A DNA stretch of 64,000 nt from Tyzzerella sp. GTDB lineage: Bacteria > Bacillota > Clostridia > Lachnospirales > Lachnospiraceae. Of the stretch, positions 55,263 to 64,000 are shown one piece after another. Below the pieces are notes generated by a model that was not told the origin of the DNA, ran no database searches, and worked only from the letters and a program-made list of their open reading frames with translations. Made by a program: the position numbers and the translations under genes. Every line of letters begins with the position of its first letter. The first letter of the stretch is position 1. The DNA lies in contig JAFTWA010000046.1 in NCBI GenBank assembly GCA_017465565.1, positions 1,897-65,896 on the forward strand. Direction: 5' to 3'.

Positions 55263-57734
55263 TTATTCAACTAAAGTAAGCTGTTCTAACAATGCTTCTA
55301 CCAAGTCTTGGTGTTCGTTGCTGCTTGCACATTTAAAATTCATAGTTCTAATTTTGTTATAATATGTTCTGTTTTCATCTTTTAAGACTTTCATCACTTC
55401 GACCTTTGTCATCATGTCAAGTTCTGCTTTTTGTAACAGGTTCGAGCAGCGAACCAGAGCATCGCCATTGTCTGTGATAAGTTCTGCTCCGTTAATATGC
55501 AACTTGATTTCGGAGGTCACATCAGCTGTTATTTCTACTATCATAGCACGTGTTGCTTCATCATATGTCGCAGCAACTGGCACTTCATATCCGTCTACAA
55601 GTGCTGTCACCGCAATATTCTCGTGATATCCTCTGAATATAAACTTGTAATTTCTTTCTTCTGGAAGAAGTTTTTCCACTGCTCCTAGTGGTGGTTTTAC
55701 TGTAAACACTGGACTATTAGACCACTTTAAATTCATCTCTGTTTTTACATATTCACCATTTTCAAATTCACTTCCATCCCCGGCATCTTCGTAAAGTTTA
55801 AACGAATTATCTGCGCCTGGGAAGATTACGATTTCTAAATCGTTACCTGCTTCAAGTTCATATGAATTTTGCATTGGAACAATTGCCCCTGCCTTTGCAA
55901 AAACAGGATAATCATTGATTTTTCTATGAACAGACAATGTTCTTCCAGTCTTACTTGTATAATGGGTTCCACTAAAGAAGTCAAACCAGTCTCCTTCTGG
56001 CAACCATACATTCGCACTACCCATCTGTGTAATCTTATTGTTTGGTTTTGTGATTGGCGCTACCATAAGCTCGCTGCCAAACATAAATTGATTTTTCATT
56101 TCATATGCTGCATTTCTCTTTGGATATGCATAGTACATTGGCTGTACCAATGGTTCCAACTCTTTGTTATTGCGATAATTCATCGTGTAAATATATGGGA
56201 AAAGACGGTGGCGGAGTCTTAACCAATTCTTCATAATTGCTTCTGTCTTTTCCTCGAAGCACCATGGCTCTTTACGGATAAATTCTGTATTTGCACTGTG
56301 GAGACGGTTAATTGGTGAGAATACACCAAGCTGCATCCATCTTGTAATCAGTTCACCATCCCGGTATCCACCCATATGTCCGCCAATATCATGGCTCCAC
56401 CAACTGTAGCCAACATTTGATGATGTTGCGGTAAAGTATGGTTGGAAATCTAAAGACGCCCAAGTTACATAAGTATCTCCTGAGAATCCTACTGGATAAC
56501 GCTGTGAACCCGGTCCACTGAAACGTGAGAAGAACATAGGTCTCTTTCCATTACGTTTAATATCTGCAATATGTAAGTGATTTAACATCCAAAGTGGATC
56601 TAAGATTTCGCGTTCATCCTGCATATTTCCATCTTTATTTTCTTCGTGAATCCACCAGTAAGAGGTTCCTTGCTGCCAATCCATCCACCAGAAGTCAACG
56701 CCGTCTTCTTCATATGGATGATGAAGAATATCAAAATATTTTTCCATAAATTCAGGGGACAAAATATCAAGACGAACACGTTCTCTTGTAGCAGGGTCAA
56801 TACCACATGCGCGTGCCATTTCTTCATACATATCTTCGTGACATCCTACACCTTGCGCAGGGTGAAGATTCAACGAAGTTTTTAAATTATGCTCTTTTAA
56901 GAACTTAAGGAATCCTTTGTAATCTGGGAAAAATTCTTTGTTCCAAGAATAGCCCGTCCAGCCATTTTCAAACTGTTTTCCTTCTCCATTTTTACATTCT
57001 TCTGGGATCTTTGTTATATGCCAGTCCATATCGACTACACTGACAGAAAACGGAATTTCTTCTTTTTCAAATCTTTCAATAAGTCCTTGATACTCGTCTT
57101 GTGTATATTTGTGATATCTGCTCCACCAGTTTCCTAAGGCATAAGCTGGTAACATTGGCGGCACACCAGTCAGGCGGTAGAGGTCCTTTACGGCATCCAA
57201 GTAGTTGAACCCATAGCCCCAGAAATAGCAGTCTACTGTTTCAGGAACTCGAACTTCTACCCAGCCAATTTCGTTCAGAAGCATTGTATTGCTGTCGTCC
57301 ATTACTGAAAAACCATTTCTTGAACAAACACCTCTCTCCAATGGAGTTGCTCCATTTACATCGTCCAAGGTTTTTGTTGTTCCGCCAAGATCTTCAAAAT
57401 CTTCGCCAAAATGCCAGGTAGATGCTGGCTCAATTTTTAATTTGAGACTTAATGTTTCAGCAGAGAATTCTTCATTTTCTTTGTACATAACGATTAAGTT
57501 TTCTGTTTCGATTTTTAACCAGCCATCGCTGCATTCCTTTGAAAAATGATTTTCAGGGAAATCTCTGAAAAATACACTCTGGCTTGCTCTGTCTTCAAAT
57601 ATACCCTCTTTACTATATTCCATTCTGATTAAGGATGGAGTCAGAACAGTAAATCGATATTTGTCGCCAGACACCATATTTTGCGAGAGTGCAAGTGGTC
57701 TTGTCTCGTAAATAAATCTTTTGTTGTCTTTCAA
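55263..57734 (-). CDS. Glycoside hydrolase family 31 (alpha-glucosidase/xylosidase-like, WWxDWQQG type)
   Basis: GNWWSRY, VVDMDWH, WTGYSWN, WWMDWQQG, GFSGD, WSHDIGG, RLH; TTG start after AAGGAGG. Confidence 0.93.
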   Translation of the reverse strand: MKDNKRFIYETRPLALSQNMVSGDKYRFTVLTPSLIRMEYSKEGIFEDRASQSVFFRDFPENHFSKECSDGWLKIETENLIVMYKENEEFSAETLSLKLKIEPASTWHFGEDFEDLGGTTKTLDDVNGATPLERGVCSRNGFSVMDDSNTMLLNEIGWVEVRVPETVDCYFWGYGFNYLDAVKDLYRLTGVPPMLPAYALGNWWSRYHKYTQDEYQGLIERFEKEEIPFSVSVVDMDWHITKIPEECKNGEGKQFENGWTGYSWNKEFFPDYKGFLKFLKEHNLKTSLNLHPAQGVGCHEDMYEEMARACGIDPATRERVRLDILSPEFMEKYFDILHHPYEEDGVDFWWMDWQQGTSYWWIHEENKDGNMQDEREILDPLWMLNHLHIADIKRNGKRPMFFSRFSGPGSQRYPVGFSGDTYVTWASLDFQPYFTATSSNVGYSWWSHDIGGHMGGYRDGELITRWMQLGVFSPINRLHSANTEFIRKEPWCFEEKTEAIMKNWLRLRHRLFPYIYTMNYRNNKELEPLVQPMYYAYPKRNAAYEMKNQFMFGSELMVAPITKPNNKITQMGSANVWLPEGDWFDFFSGTHYTSKTGRTLSVHRKINDYPVFAKAGAIVPMQNSYELEAGNDLEIVIFPGADNSFKLYEDAGDGSEFENGEYVKTEMNLKWSNSPVFTVKPPLGAVEKLLPEERNYKFIFRGYHENIAVTALVDGYEVPVAATYDEATRAMIVEITADVTSEIKLHINGAELITDNGDALVRCSNLLQKAELDMMTKVEVMKVLKDENRTYYNKIRTMNFKCASSNEHQDLVEALLEQLTLVE

Positions 57735-57888
57735 TTTAATATCCTCCTTGATGTTTGTGATTCGTTACTATATAATCGTATTATATTAAGTTAAATTCTA
57801 AAAATCGTATACTATATTACCTTAAAATAACACTATTTTAATATAACGTGCATGGCTGCATTTCGTTTTACAAATGGGAGGTGGAAAA

Positions 57889-58755
57889 ATGAAGAAATTC
57901 AGGGAAAAACAGAGAAGGGGAACAGAAAATTTCCCATTTGCTTATTATAAAGAAAATTATGCAAACCATATGATTAAGCTTCATTGGCATCCGGAAATTG
58001 AACTGCTTTACGGGATTGATGGCGAGCTGGCAGTTAATGTCTCTGAGGAGAAATTTATTCTTAAACCAGGGGATATTCTTTTTATCAATCCAGAAGAATT
58101 ACACTCTTATAAACCGCATACACCGCGTGTTGAATATCATGCAGCGGTTTTTGATGCAGCCTTGTTTCAGTTTAAGGGGGGACATTTTTTCGAGCAGGAT
58201 TTCACAAGTCCAATTGTAAGTGGCACACTGAAATTTCCTCGAATGATTCATCATGAACATGAGAAATACGATGTGGTTTGTCCAATCGTACACCGTCTTT
58301 TTAATGAGAATATTAAGTCTAAGCCATTGCTTTTCGCAGATTTGACCACGCTTTTTTGTACTTTGATGGAAAATGAACTTCTCAGAAAAGTCTCAGACGC
58401 ATCATCCTATAAAAAATCTGAGGATATTAAAATGTGTATTAAATATATGGAAGATAATTATACGAGAAAGATAACGCTGGCAGAGCTGGCAGATTTGGTA
58501 CATATGTCACCGAACTATTTTTGCAATTATTTTAAGAAGCAGACGGGGATTTCTCCATTTACGCAGTTAAATTATATTCGTGTGAAGCAGGCGGCCAAGT
58601 TGTTATTAAATACAGATGATTCGGTGGTGGCTGTGGCTGAAAGCTGTGGGTTTGAGAATGTAAGCTTCTTTATCCGTAAGTTTAAGGCGATTCAAGGGTG
58701 CACGCCTTCGGTTTACCGGAAAGGGAAAGCTTCAGATGGCTTGCAGGCAATATAA
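57889..58755 (+). CDS. AraC family transcriptional regulator, divergent from GH31
   Basis: LHWHPEIE cupin, LAELA..MSPNYFCNYFKK, CGFENVSFFIRKFK..TPS.YR; ATG 57889 after GGAGGTG. Confidence 0.93.
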   Translation: MKKFREKQRRGTENFPFAYYKENYANHMIKLHWHPEIELLYGIDGELAVNVSEEKFILKPGDILFINPEELHSYKPHTPRVEYHAAVFDAALFQFKGGHFFEQDFTSPIVSGTLKFPRMIHHEHEKYDVVCPIVHRLFNENIKSKPLLFADLTTLFCTLMENELLRKVSDASSYKKSEDIKMCIKYMEDNYTRKITLAELADLVHMSPNYFCNYFKKQTGISPFTQLNYIRVKQAAKLLLNTDDSVVAVAESCGFENVSFFIRKFKAIQGCTPSVYRKGKASDGLQAI

Positions 58756-58769
58756 GGAAATGTTATACT
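58741..58769 (+). promoter_or_regulatory. Promoter with extended -10
   Basis: TTGCAG(58741)-17-TATACT(58764) with TG at 58761. Confidence 0.55.
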
Positions 58770-58802
58770 TTGTTTAAATTCTATTGGAGTGGAGGAAAGA
58801 CT

Positions 58803-59489
58803 ATGAAATTTATTACATTTAGTTTTGATGATAATGTTGTGGATGATATTCGATTGGTGGAAATCTTAAATAAATATGGATTGAAAGGAACTTTTAATCT
58901 AAATTCAGGAACCCTTTCAAGGATTTCGTCCTGGCGTTATGGGGATGTGAAGGATGTTACATATATTAATTATTGCGAACAGCCGAATCTTTATGATGGT
59001 CATGAGGTTGCATGCCACACATATAGACATCCGCATTTAGAGAAGCTTGATAGAGGAACCGCGGACAATGAAGTTCGTTTGGACAAGAAAATATTAGAAT
59101 GTCTATACGGATATCAGATAAGGGGAATGGCTTATCCTTATGGTACTTACAATGATGAAGTGTTAGAAGTATTGAGGGATAATGGGATAGAATACAGTCG
59201 TACAGTGAAGTCTACCCATAGATTTGGTTTCCCGGAAGAGCCATTACTTTGGAATCCAACCTGTCATTTCAGAGATGCAGAGGTAATGAAGCTGGCAGAA
59301 AAATTTCTGAATTCTGAATCGGAGGAAGATATGTTACTCTATATTTGGGGACATAGCTATGAGATGGTGACAGAGGAAGACTGGAAAGCCTTTGAAGAGC
59401 TGTGCGCGTACATTTCAGGCCGCGAAGACATTCGTTATTGTACAAATATTGAAGTGTTGGATTATATGAGTGGAAAGAATCATGAGTAA
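58803..59489 (+). CDS. Polysaccharide deacetylase (CE4/NodB-like)
   Basis: TFSFDD, HEVACHTYRHP, AYPYG, YIWGHSYE. Confidence 0.9.
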   Translation: MKFITFSFDDNVVDDIRLVEILNKYGLKGTFNLNSGTLSRISSWRYGDVKDVTYINYCEQPNLYDGHEVACHTYRHPHLEKLDRGTADNEVRLDKKILECLYGYQIRGMAYPYGTYNDEVLEVLRDNGIEYSRTVKSTHRFGFPEEPLLWNPTCHFRDAEVMKLAEKFLNSESEEDMLLYIWGHSYEMVTEEDWKAFEELCAYISGREDIRYCTNIEVLDYMSGKNHE

Positions 59490-60063
59490 AATTTTTTATT
59501 TAATGGGAAAAAGTGCATCGGGAAAAGATACGATTTATAAAAAAATCAAGGAGCAGCTTCCGGAGCTTCGCACAATTGTAATCTACACCACCCGCCCGAT
59601 CCGCGAAGGGGAGCAGGAAGGTGTGGAATATCATTTTGTGGATGAGGAAAAGCTTCAGGAATTCCAGCGGGATGGAAAAGTCATCGAGCTTCGTGAATAT
59701 AATACAGTACATGGAATCTGGAAATATTTCACGGTGAATGATGGTCAGTTTGATGCAGATGAAAACTATATTGCAATTGGAACTTTGGAATCTTACAAGG
59801 GTATGAGAAACCATCTTGGTGAAGAAAAGTTAGTACCAATTTATATAGAGGTAGAAGATGGTCTTCGTCTGGAACGCGCACTTGCAAGGGAACGCAGGCA
59901 GAAGGAACCAAAGTATGAAGAGCTTTGCAGGAGATTTCTTGCAGATGCAGCAGATTTTTCCAAGGAGAAGTTAGAAGAAGCGGGGATAACCCGTAAGTTT
60001 TTTAATGTTGATATGGATAAATGTATCGGTGAAATTGTGCTAGGTATTCGCGAGAAAATGTGA
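59482..60063 (+). CDS. Guanylate kinase-like protein
   Basis: GKSASGKDT, YTTRPIREGE..GVEYHF. Confidence 0.85.
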   Translation: MSKIFYLMGKSASGKDTIYKKIKEQLPELRTIVIYTTRPIREGEQEGVEYHFVDEEKLQEFQRDGKVIELREYNTVHGIWKYFTVNDGQFDADENYIAIGTLESYKGMRNHLGEEKLVPIYIEVEDGLRLERALARERRQKEPKYEELCRRFLADAADFSKEKLEEAGITRKFFNVDMDKCIGEIVLGIREKM

Positions 60064-60105
60064 TATACTGAATAGAGTAAAAAAAATTATAAGGAAGGTG
60101 ATGAC

Positions 60106-61095
60106 ATGAGTGGATTTAAGGATGTAGTTGGGCACAAGGATATTATTCAATATATTCAAAGTGCAGTAGAGCAGGACAAGGTGTCCCACGCTTATATTTT
60201 GAATGGGCAGCGCGGTTCAGGAAAGAAACTTCTGGCACGTTTATTTGCCATGACACTGCAGTGCGAATCTGGCGCGTCAGAGCCTTGTGGAGAATGCCGG
60301 TCTTGCGTACAGACGAAGAATGGCAATCAGCCGGATATTATTACGATTAAGCATGAGAAACCATCGTCTATCAGTGTAGATGATATTAGAGAGCAGCTGA
60401 ACGGCGACATTATGATTAAGCCATACAGCAGCCCTTATAAGATTTACATTGTTCCGGAAGCAGACCTGCTTACCGTGCAGGCCCAGAATGCGCTCCTTAA
60501 GACGATTGAGGAACCACCTGCGTATGCAGTGATTTTCTTATTGACGGAGAATGCGGATACACTTCTTCCGACGATTCGTTCGCGTTGTGTTATGCTCAAG
60601 CTTCGCAATATTAAGGATAAGCTTGTTAAAAAATATCTCATGGAAGAGATGAAGATTCCGGATTATCAGGCTGATATCTGTGCAGCATTTGCACAGGGAA
60701 ATATCGGACGTGCCATTATGCTGGCGAAGTCTGAGCATTTTAACGAGATTAAAGAAGAAGCAATTCAACTCCTCAAGTACATTGATGAGATGGAAATGCA
60801 TGAGATTGTAAGTGCAATCAAAGAGATTAATAAATATAAACTAGAAGTAACGGATTATTTGGATATTATCACAATCTGGTACAGAGACATTTTGCTTTAT
60901 AAGGCAACAAAGGATGTTGGAGGACTTGTGTTTGGTGACCAGTTAAAGTACATCAAGGCGAAAGCTTCTAAGAGTTCCTATGAAGGAATTGAAACCATTC
61001 TTAACAGCCTTGAAAAAGCGAAGACTCGTCTGAAAGCGAATGTAAACTTTGATTTGGTAATGGAATTACTGTTGCTTACAATAAAGGAGAACTAA
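60106..61095 (+). CDS. holB: DNA polymerase III subunit delta'
   Basis: SHAYI..G..GSGK, C..PCGECRSC zinc module, AQNALLKTIEEPP, LLPTIRSRC. Confidence 0.93.
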   Translation: MSGFKDVVGHKDIIQYIQSAVEQDKVSHAYILNGQRGSGKKLLARLFAMTLQCESGASEPCGECRSCVQTKNGNQPDIITIKHEKPSSISVDDIREQLNGDIMIKPYSSPYKIYIVPEADLLTVQAQNALLKTIEEPPAYAVIFLLTENADTLLPTIRSRCVMLKLRNIKDKLVKKYLMEEMKIPDYQADICAAFAQGNIGRAIMLAKSEHFNEIKEEAIQLLKYIDEMEMHEIVSAIKEINKYKLEVTDYLDIITIWYRDILLYKATKDVGGLVFGDQLKYIKAKASKSSYEGIETILNSLEKAKTRLKANVNFDLVMELLLLTIKEN

Positions 61096-61096
61096 G

Positions 61097-61981
61097 ATGA
61101 CAAGAGTAATTGGAGTAAGATTCCGTCAGGCAGGAAAGATTTATTATTTTGCGCCTGGGAAGCTTAATATCAAACAAGGTGATAAGGTAATTGTTGAGAC
61201 TGCCCGCGGTGTGGAATTTGGAAGTGTTGTGACAGGACCAAAGGAAGTGCCTGATGAAGAGATTATGCAGCCACTCAAACCAGTAATCCGTATTGCGACA
61301 GAGGAAGACAAGCGTACAGAGGAAAAGAACCGGGAGAAAGAAAGAGAAGCATTTGAAATCTGCCTTGAAAAGATTCGCAAGCACGAATTGGATATGAAAT
61401 TAATCAATGCAGAGTATACATTTGACAATAACAAAGTATTATTCTATTTTACAGCAGACGGAAGAATTGATTTCCGTGAGCTGGTAAAGGATTTGGCAGC
61501 AGTATTCCGTACGAGAATTGAGCTGCGTCAGATTGGTGTGCGTGACGAGACAAAGATTCGTGGCGGCATTGGTATTTGTGGACGTCCACTGTGCTGCCAC
61601 ACCTATCTCTCAGAATTTGCACCAGTTTCGATTAAGATGGCGAAGGAACAGAATCTTTCTTTGAACCCTACAAAGATTTCAGGGGTGTGTGGAAGGCTGA
61701 TGTGCTGTCTGACAAACGAAGAGGAGACTTATGAAGAACTCAACAGCCGCCTTCCGGCGATTGGGGATATTGTTACAACTTCTGAAGGATTAAAGGGAGA
61801 GGTACAGAGTGTAAGTGTGCTTCGCCAATTAGTAAAAGTGATTGTAACATTAGACAATGATGAGAAAGAGATTCGCGAATACAAAGCAGGCGAATTAAGG
61901 TTTAAACCAAAGAGAAAGAAAAATGATGTGAAGCTTTCGAAAGAAGAGCTGAAAGAACTTGCAGCATTGGAGAAAAATTAG
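61097..61981 (+). CDS. ricT: PSP1-domain protein YaaT/RicT
   Basis: GKIYYF, FTADGRIDFRELVKDLA..RTRIELRQIGVRDE, CGRPLCC, SGVCGRLMCCL. Confidence 0.93.
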   Translation: MTRVIGVRFRQAGKIYYFAPGKLNIKQGDKVIVETARGVEFGSVVTGPKEVPDEEIMQPLKPVIRIATEEDKRTEEKNREKEREAFEICLEKIRKHELDMKLINAEYTFDNNKVLFYFTADGRIDFRELVKDLAAVFRTRIELRQIGVRDETKIRGGIGICGRPLCCHTYLSEFAPVSIKMAKEQNLSLNPTKISGVCGRLMCCLTNEEETYEELNSRLPAIGDIVTTSEGLKGEVQSVSVLRQLVKVIVTLDNDEKEIREYKAGELRFKPKRKKNDVKLSKEELKELAALEKN

Positions 61982-62722
61982 ATGACAACGAATCTGAAAC
62001 CCGAGGAACGACTGGATGATTTGCAGGTAAATGGATATGAGATTATCCAGCATCCAGGGAAATTTTGTTTTGGAATGGACGCAGTTTTGCTTTCTAATTT
62101 TGCCCGTGTTAAGAAGGGTGAGCGTGTGCTGGATCTGGGAACCGGAACTGGAATTATCCCGATTCTTCTGACTGCAAAGACGGAAGGTGAGAAGTTCGTG
62201 GGCCTGGAGATTCAGGAAGATAGTGCCGATATGGCAAGAAGAAGTGTGGCGCATAATCATCTGGAAGACAAAGTGGAAATTGTAAATGGAGATATCAAAG
62301 AGGCAGCCGGGATTTTTGGACCTGTCTCTTTTGACGTCATAACGACAAACCCACCGTATATGATAGGGCATCATGGAATCGAGAATTCAGCAGATACGAA
62401 AGCAATTGCAAGGCATGAGGTACTTTGTACACTGGATGACATCCTGCGTGAGAGTGCGCGTGTATTAAAGCCGAGAGGCAGATTTTATATGGTACACAGA
62501 CCATTCCGTTTAGCAGAGATTTTATCAAAAATGGTAAGCGCAGGGATCGAGCCAAAGCGCATGCGGATGGTTCATCCATTCATAGACAAAGAGCCGAACA
62601 TGGTTCTTATCGAAGGGATGCGCGGAGCCAATTCACGTATGACCGTGGAGAAGCCGCTAATTGTCTATAAGGAAGTCGGGATATATAGCGACGAACTGTT
62701 AGGGGAATATGGCTTGAAGTGA
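61982..62722 (+). CDS. tRNA1(Val) adenine(37)-N6 methyltransferase-like (YabB)
   Basis: FGMDAVLL, LDLGTGTG, NPPY, ARHE, MVHRP.RL. Confidence 0.9.
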   Translation: MTTNLKPEERLDDLQVNGYEIIQHPGKFCFGMDAVLLSNFARVKKGERVLDLGTGTGIIPILLTAKTEGEKFVGLEIQEDSADMARRSVAHNHLEDKVEIVNGDIKEAAGIFGPVSFDVITTNPPYMIGHHGIENSADTKAIARHEVLCTLDDILRESARVLKPRGRFYMVHRPFRLAEILSKMVSAGIEPKRMRMVHPFIDKEPNMVLIEGMRGANSRMTVEKPLIVYKEVGIYSDELLGEYGLK

Positions 62723-62777
62723 TTTCTGTAATTTATGATATTTAGATGTGTATCACATTTAAGAAAGGAAGAATTCT

Positions 62778-63614
62778 ATGGCGGGGAAATTATATTTGTG
62801 CGCAACGCCGATTGGTAATCTAGAAGACATGACGTATCGTGTTGTCCGTACCTTAGGAGAAGTGGATTTGATTGCGGCCGAGGATACGAGAAATAGTATC
62901 AAGCTTTTGAATCATTTTGAAATCAAGACACCCATGACTAGTTACCATGAATATAATAAGATTGAAAAGGGCAAAAAGCTGATAGAGAAATTACAGGATG
63001 GCATGAATATTGCACTGATTACAGACGCTGGAACACCTGGCATTTCAGACCCGGGCGAGGAGCTTGTGAAAATGTGCTATGAAGCCGGAATCGAAGTGAC
63101 ATCACTTCCAGGGGCCGCTGCATGCATCACAGCATTGACTCTGTCTGGATTATCTACGCGTCGATTTTGCTTTGAAGCCTTTTTGCCAACGGATAAGAAA
63201 GAAAAGCAGGCGATTTTAAATGAGCTGGTAAATGAAACCAGAACCATTATCATGTATGAGGCTCCGCACCGGCTTGTGAAGACGCTGCAGGAATTATTAG
63301 AAACCCTTGGGAACCGCAGACTTACCGTGTGCCGAGAGTTGACGAAAAAGCATGAGACGGCTTTTGTGACAACAATCGAAGAAGCACTTTCCTATTACGA
63401 AGCAAGTGAACCAAAAGGGGAATGTGTGCTTGTAATTGAGGGGAGAAGCCGGGCCGAGCTCCGCCAGGAAGAGGTTGCGAAATGGGAGGAAATGAGCATT
63501 GAGGAGCACATGGACTATTATCTGGGACAAGGCATGGACAAGAAAGAGGCCATGAAGAAAGTCGCAAAAGACAGGGGTATCAGCAAACGGGATGTTTATC
63601 AGTGTTTGATTTAG
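62778..63614 (+). CDS. rsmI: 16S rRNA (cytidine1402-2'-O)-methyltransferase
   Basis: ATPIGNLED, AAEDTR, DAGTPGISDPG, YEAPHR, RELTKKHE, KGE. Confidence 0.96.
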   Translation: MAGKLYLCATPIGNLEDMTYRVVRTLGEVDLIAAEDTRNSIKLLNHFEIKTPMTSYHEYNKIEKGKKLIEKLQDGMNIALITDAGTPGISDPGEELVKMCYEAGIEVTSLPGAAACITALTLSGLSTRRFCFEAFLPTDKKEKQAILNELVNETRTIIMYEAPHRLVKTLQELLETLGNRRLTVCRELTKKHETAFVTTIEEALSYYEASEPKGECVLVIEGRSRAELRQEEVAKWEEMSIEEHMDYYLGQGMDKKEAMKKVAKDRGISKRDVYQCLI

Positions 63615-63650
63615 AATTCAGCAACTTGTATAGAAAAAGGAAAAAAGATT

Positions 63651-63685
63651 GTTCAATCTGAGCATGGCACGGATTGAACTTTTTT
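63651..63685 (+). terminator. Rho-independent terminator
   Basis: gttcaatctg-agcatggca-cggattgaac followed by T-run. Confidence 0.8.
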
Positions 63686-63730
63686 TATATACTTAGGGAA
63701 GATTAAAAATATATATTGGAGGAGATAATA

Positions 63731-64000
63731 ATGTCAAGTTTATCATTGAAACACATTTATAAAGTATATCCAAATGGATTCGAAGCTGTAAAAGACTTCA
63801 ATCTTGAAATCGAAGATAAAGAATTTATCATCTTCGTAGGACCATCTGGATGCGGTAAATCAACAACACTTCGTATGATCGCTGGTTTGGAAGAAATCAG
63901 CTCTGGTGAATTAGAAATCGACGGAAAAATCGTAAATGACGTTGAACCTAAGGACAGAGATATCGCGATGGTATTCCAAAACTACGCTTTATATCCACAT
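63731..64000 (+). CDS. msmX: Multiple-sugar ABC transporter ATP-binding subunit (MsmX/UgpC-like), 5' partial
   Basis: Translated by hand: [53 protein letters not shown]; RBS GGAGGAG. Confidence 0.9.
   Translation, partial: MSSLSLKHIYKVYPNGFEAVKDFNLEIEDKEFIIFVGPSGCGKSTTLRMIAGLEEISSGELEIDGKIVNDVEPKDRDIAMVFQNYALYPH

Noticed and set aside
57735-57888. ACTAT repeats 21 bp apart between GH31 and AraC as activator sites
   Set aside because: Too short and AT-rich to distinguish from background.
505-63567. Numerous short antisense and alternate-frame ORFs in the ORF track (e.g. 4353..4955 -, 39812..40312 -, 46098..46652 -)
   Set aside because: They are shadows of well-supported genes, with no RBS or recognisable motifs.
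59482-63614. gmk-like/holB/ricT/yabB/rsmI block as a novel cluster
   Set aside because: Ordinary conserved Firmicutes core synteny.

Overview
64-kb, AT-rich Firmicutes window; gene content, RBS style and the gmk-like/holB/yaaT/yabB/rsmI/msmX core block at the right end suggest Lachnospiraceae-like Clostridia (inference). Most of it is carbohydrate-utilisation loci on the + strand. (i) The tail of a locus with a GH43-paralog fragment, GH3, glycerophosphodiesterase and a GpsA-like dehydrogenase. (ii) GDSL esterase, hemerythrin, RpiR, an alkaline-phosphatase-superfamily enzyme and an AEC transporter. (iii) AraC, ABC transporter, GH43, a 2.9-kaa membrane-anchored repeat protein with a metallophosphoesterase domain, GH35 and two GtaA/DUF4965-like proteins. 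(iv) A paralogous AraC, Ugp-like ABC transporter, MBL hydrolase, a 2.1-kaa beta-helix protein, GH127-like, isomerase, GH28-like, SDR, nucleoside hydrolase and ribokinase, then GH4 melA. (v) GH31 with a divergent AraC. The spacers between these operons hold the least explained DNA: an Rpn/PD-(D/E)XK nuclease with a structured ~150-nt leader and an internal in-frame start; a ~550-bp non-coding fold-back built from six CGCCTAGA-N18/19-TCTAGGCG units; a low-GC Xre + AAA-ATPase/TOPRIM-like two-gene module; and several collapsed gene relics, including an Rpn tail fused to ribokinase. No rRNA, tRNA, CRISPR-cas, integrase or IS transposase was recognised. All calls come from reading motifs by eye; no database searches or folding programs were run.
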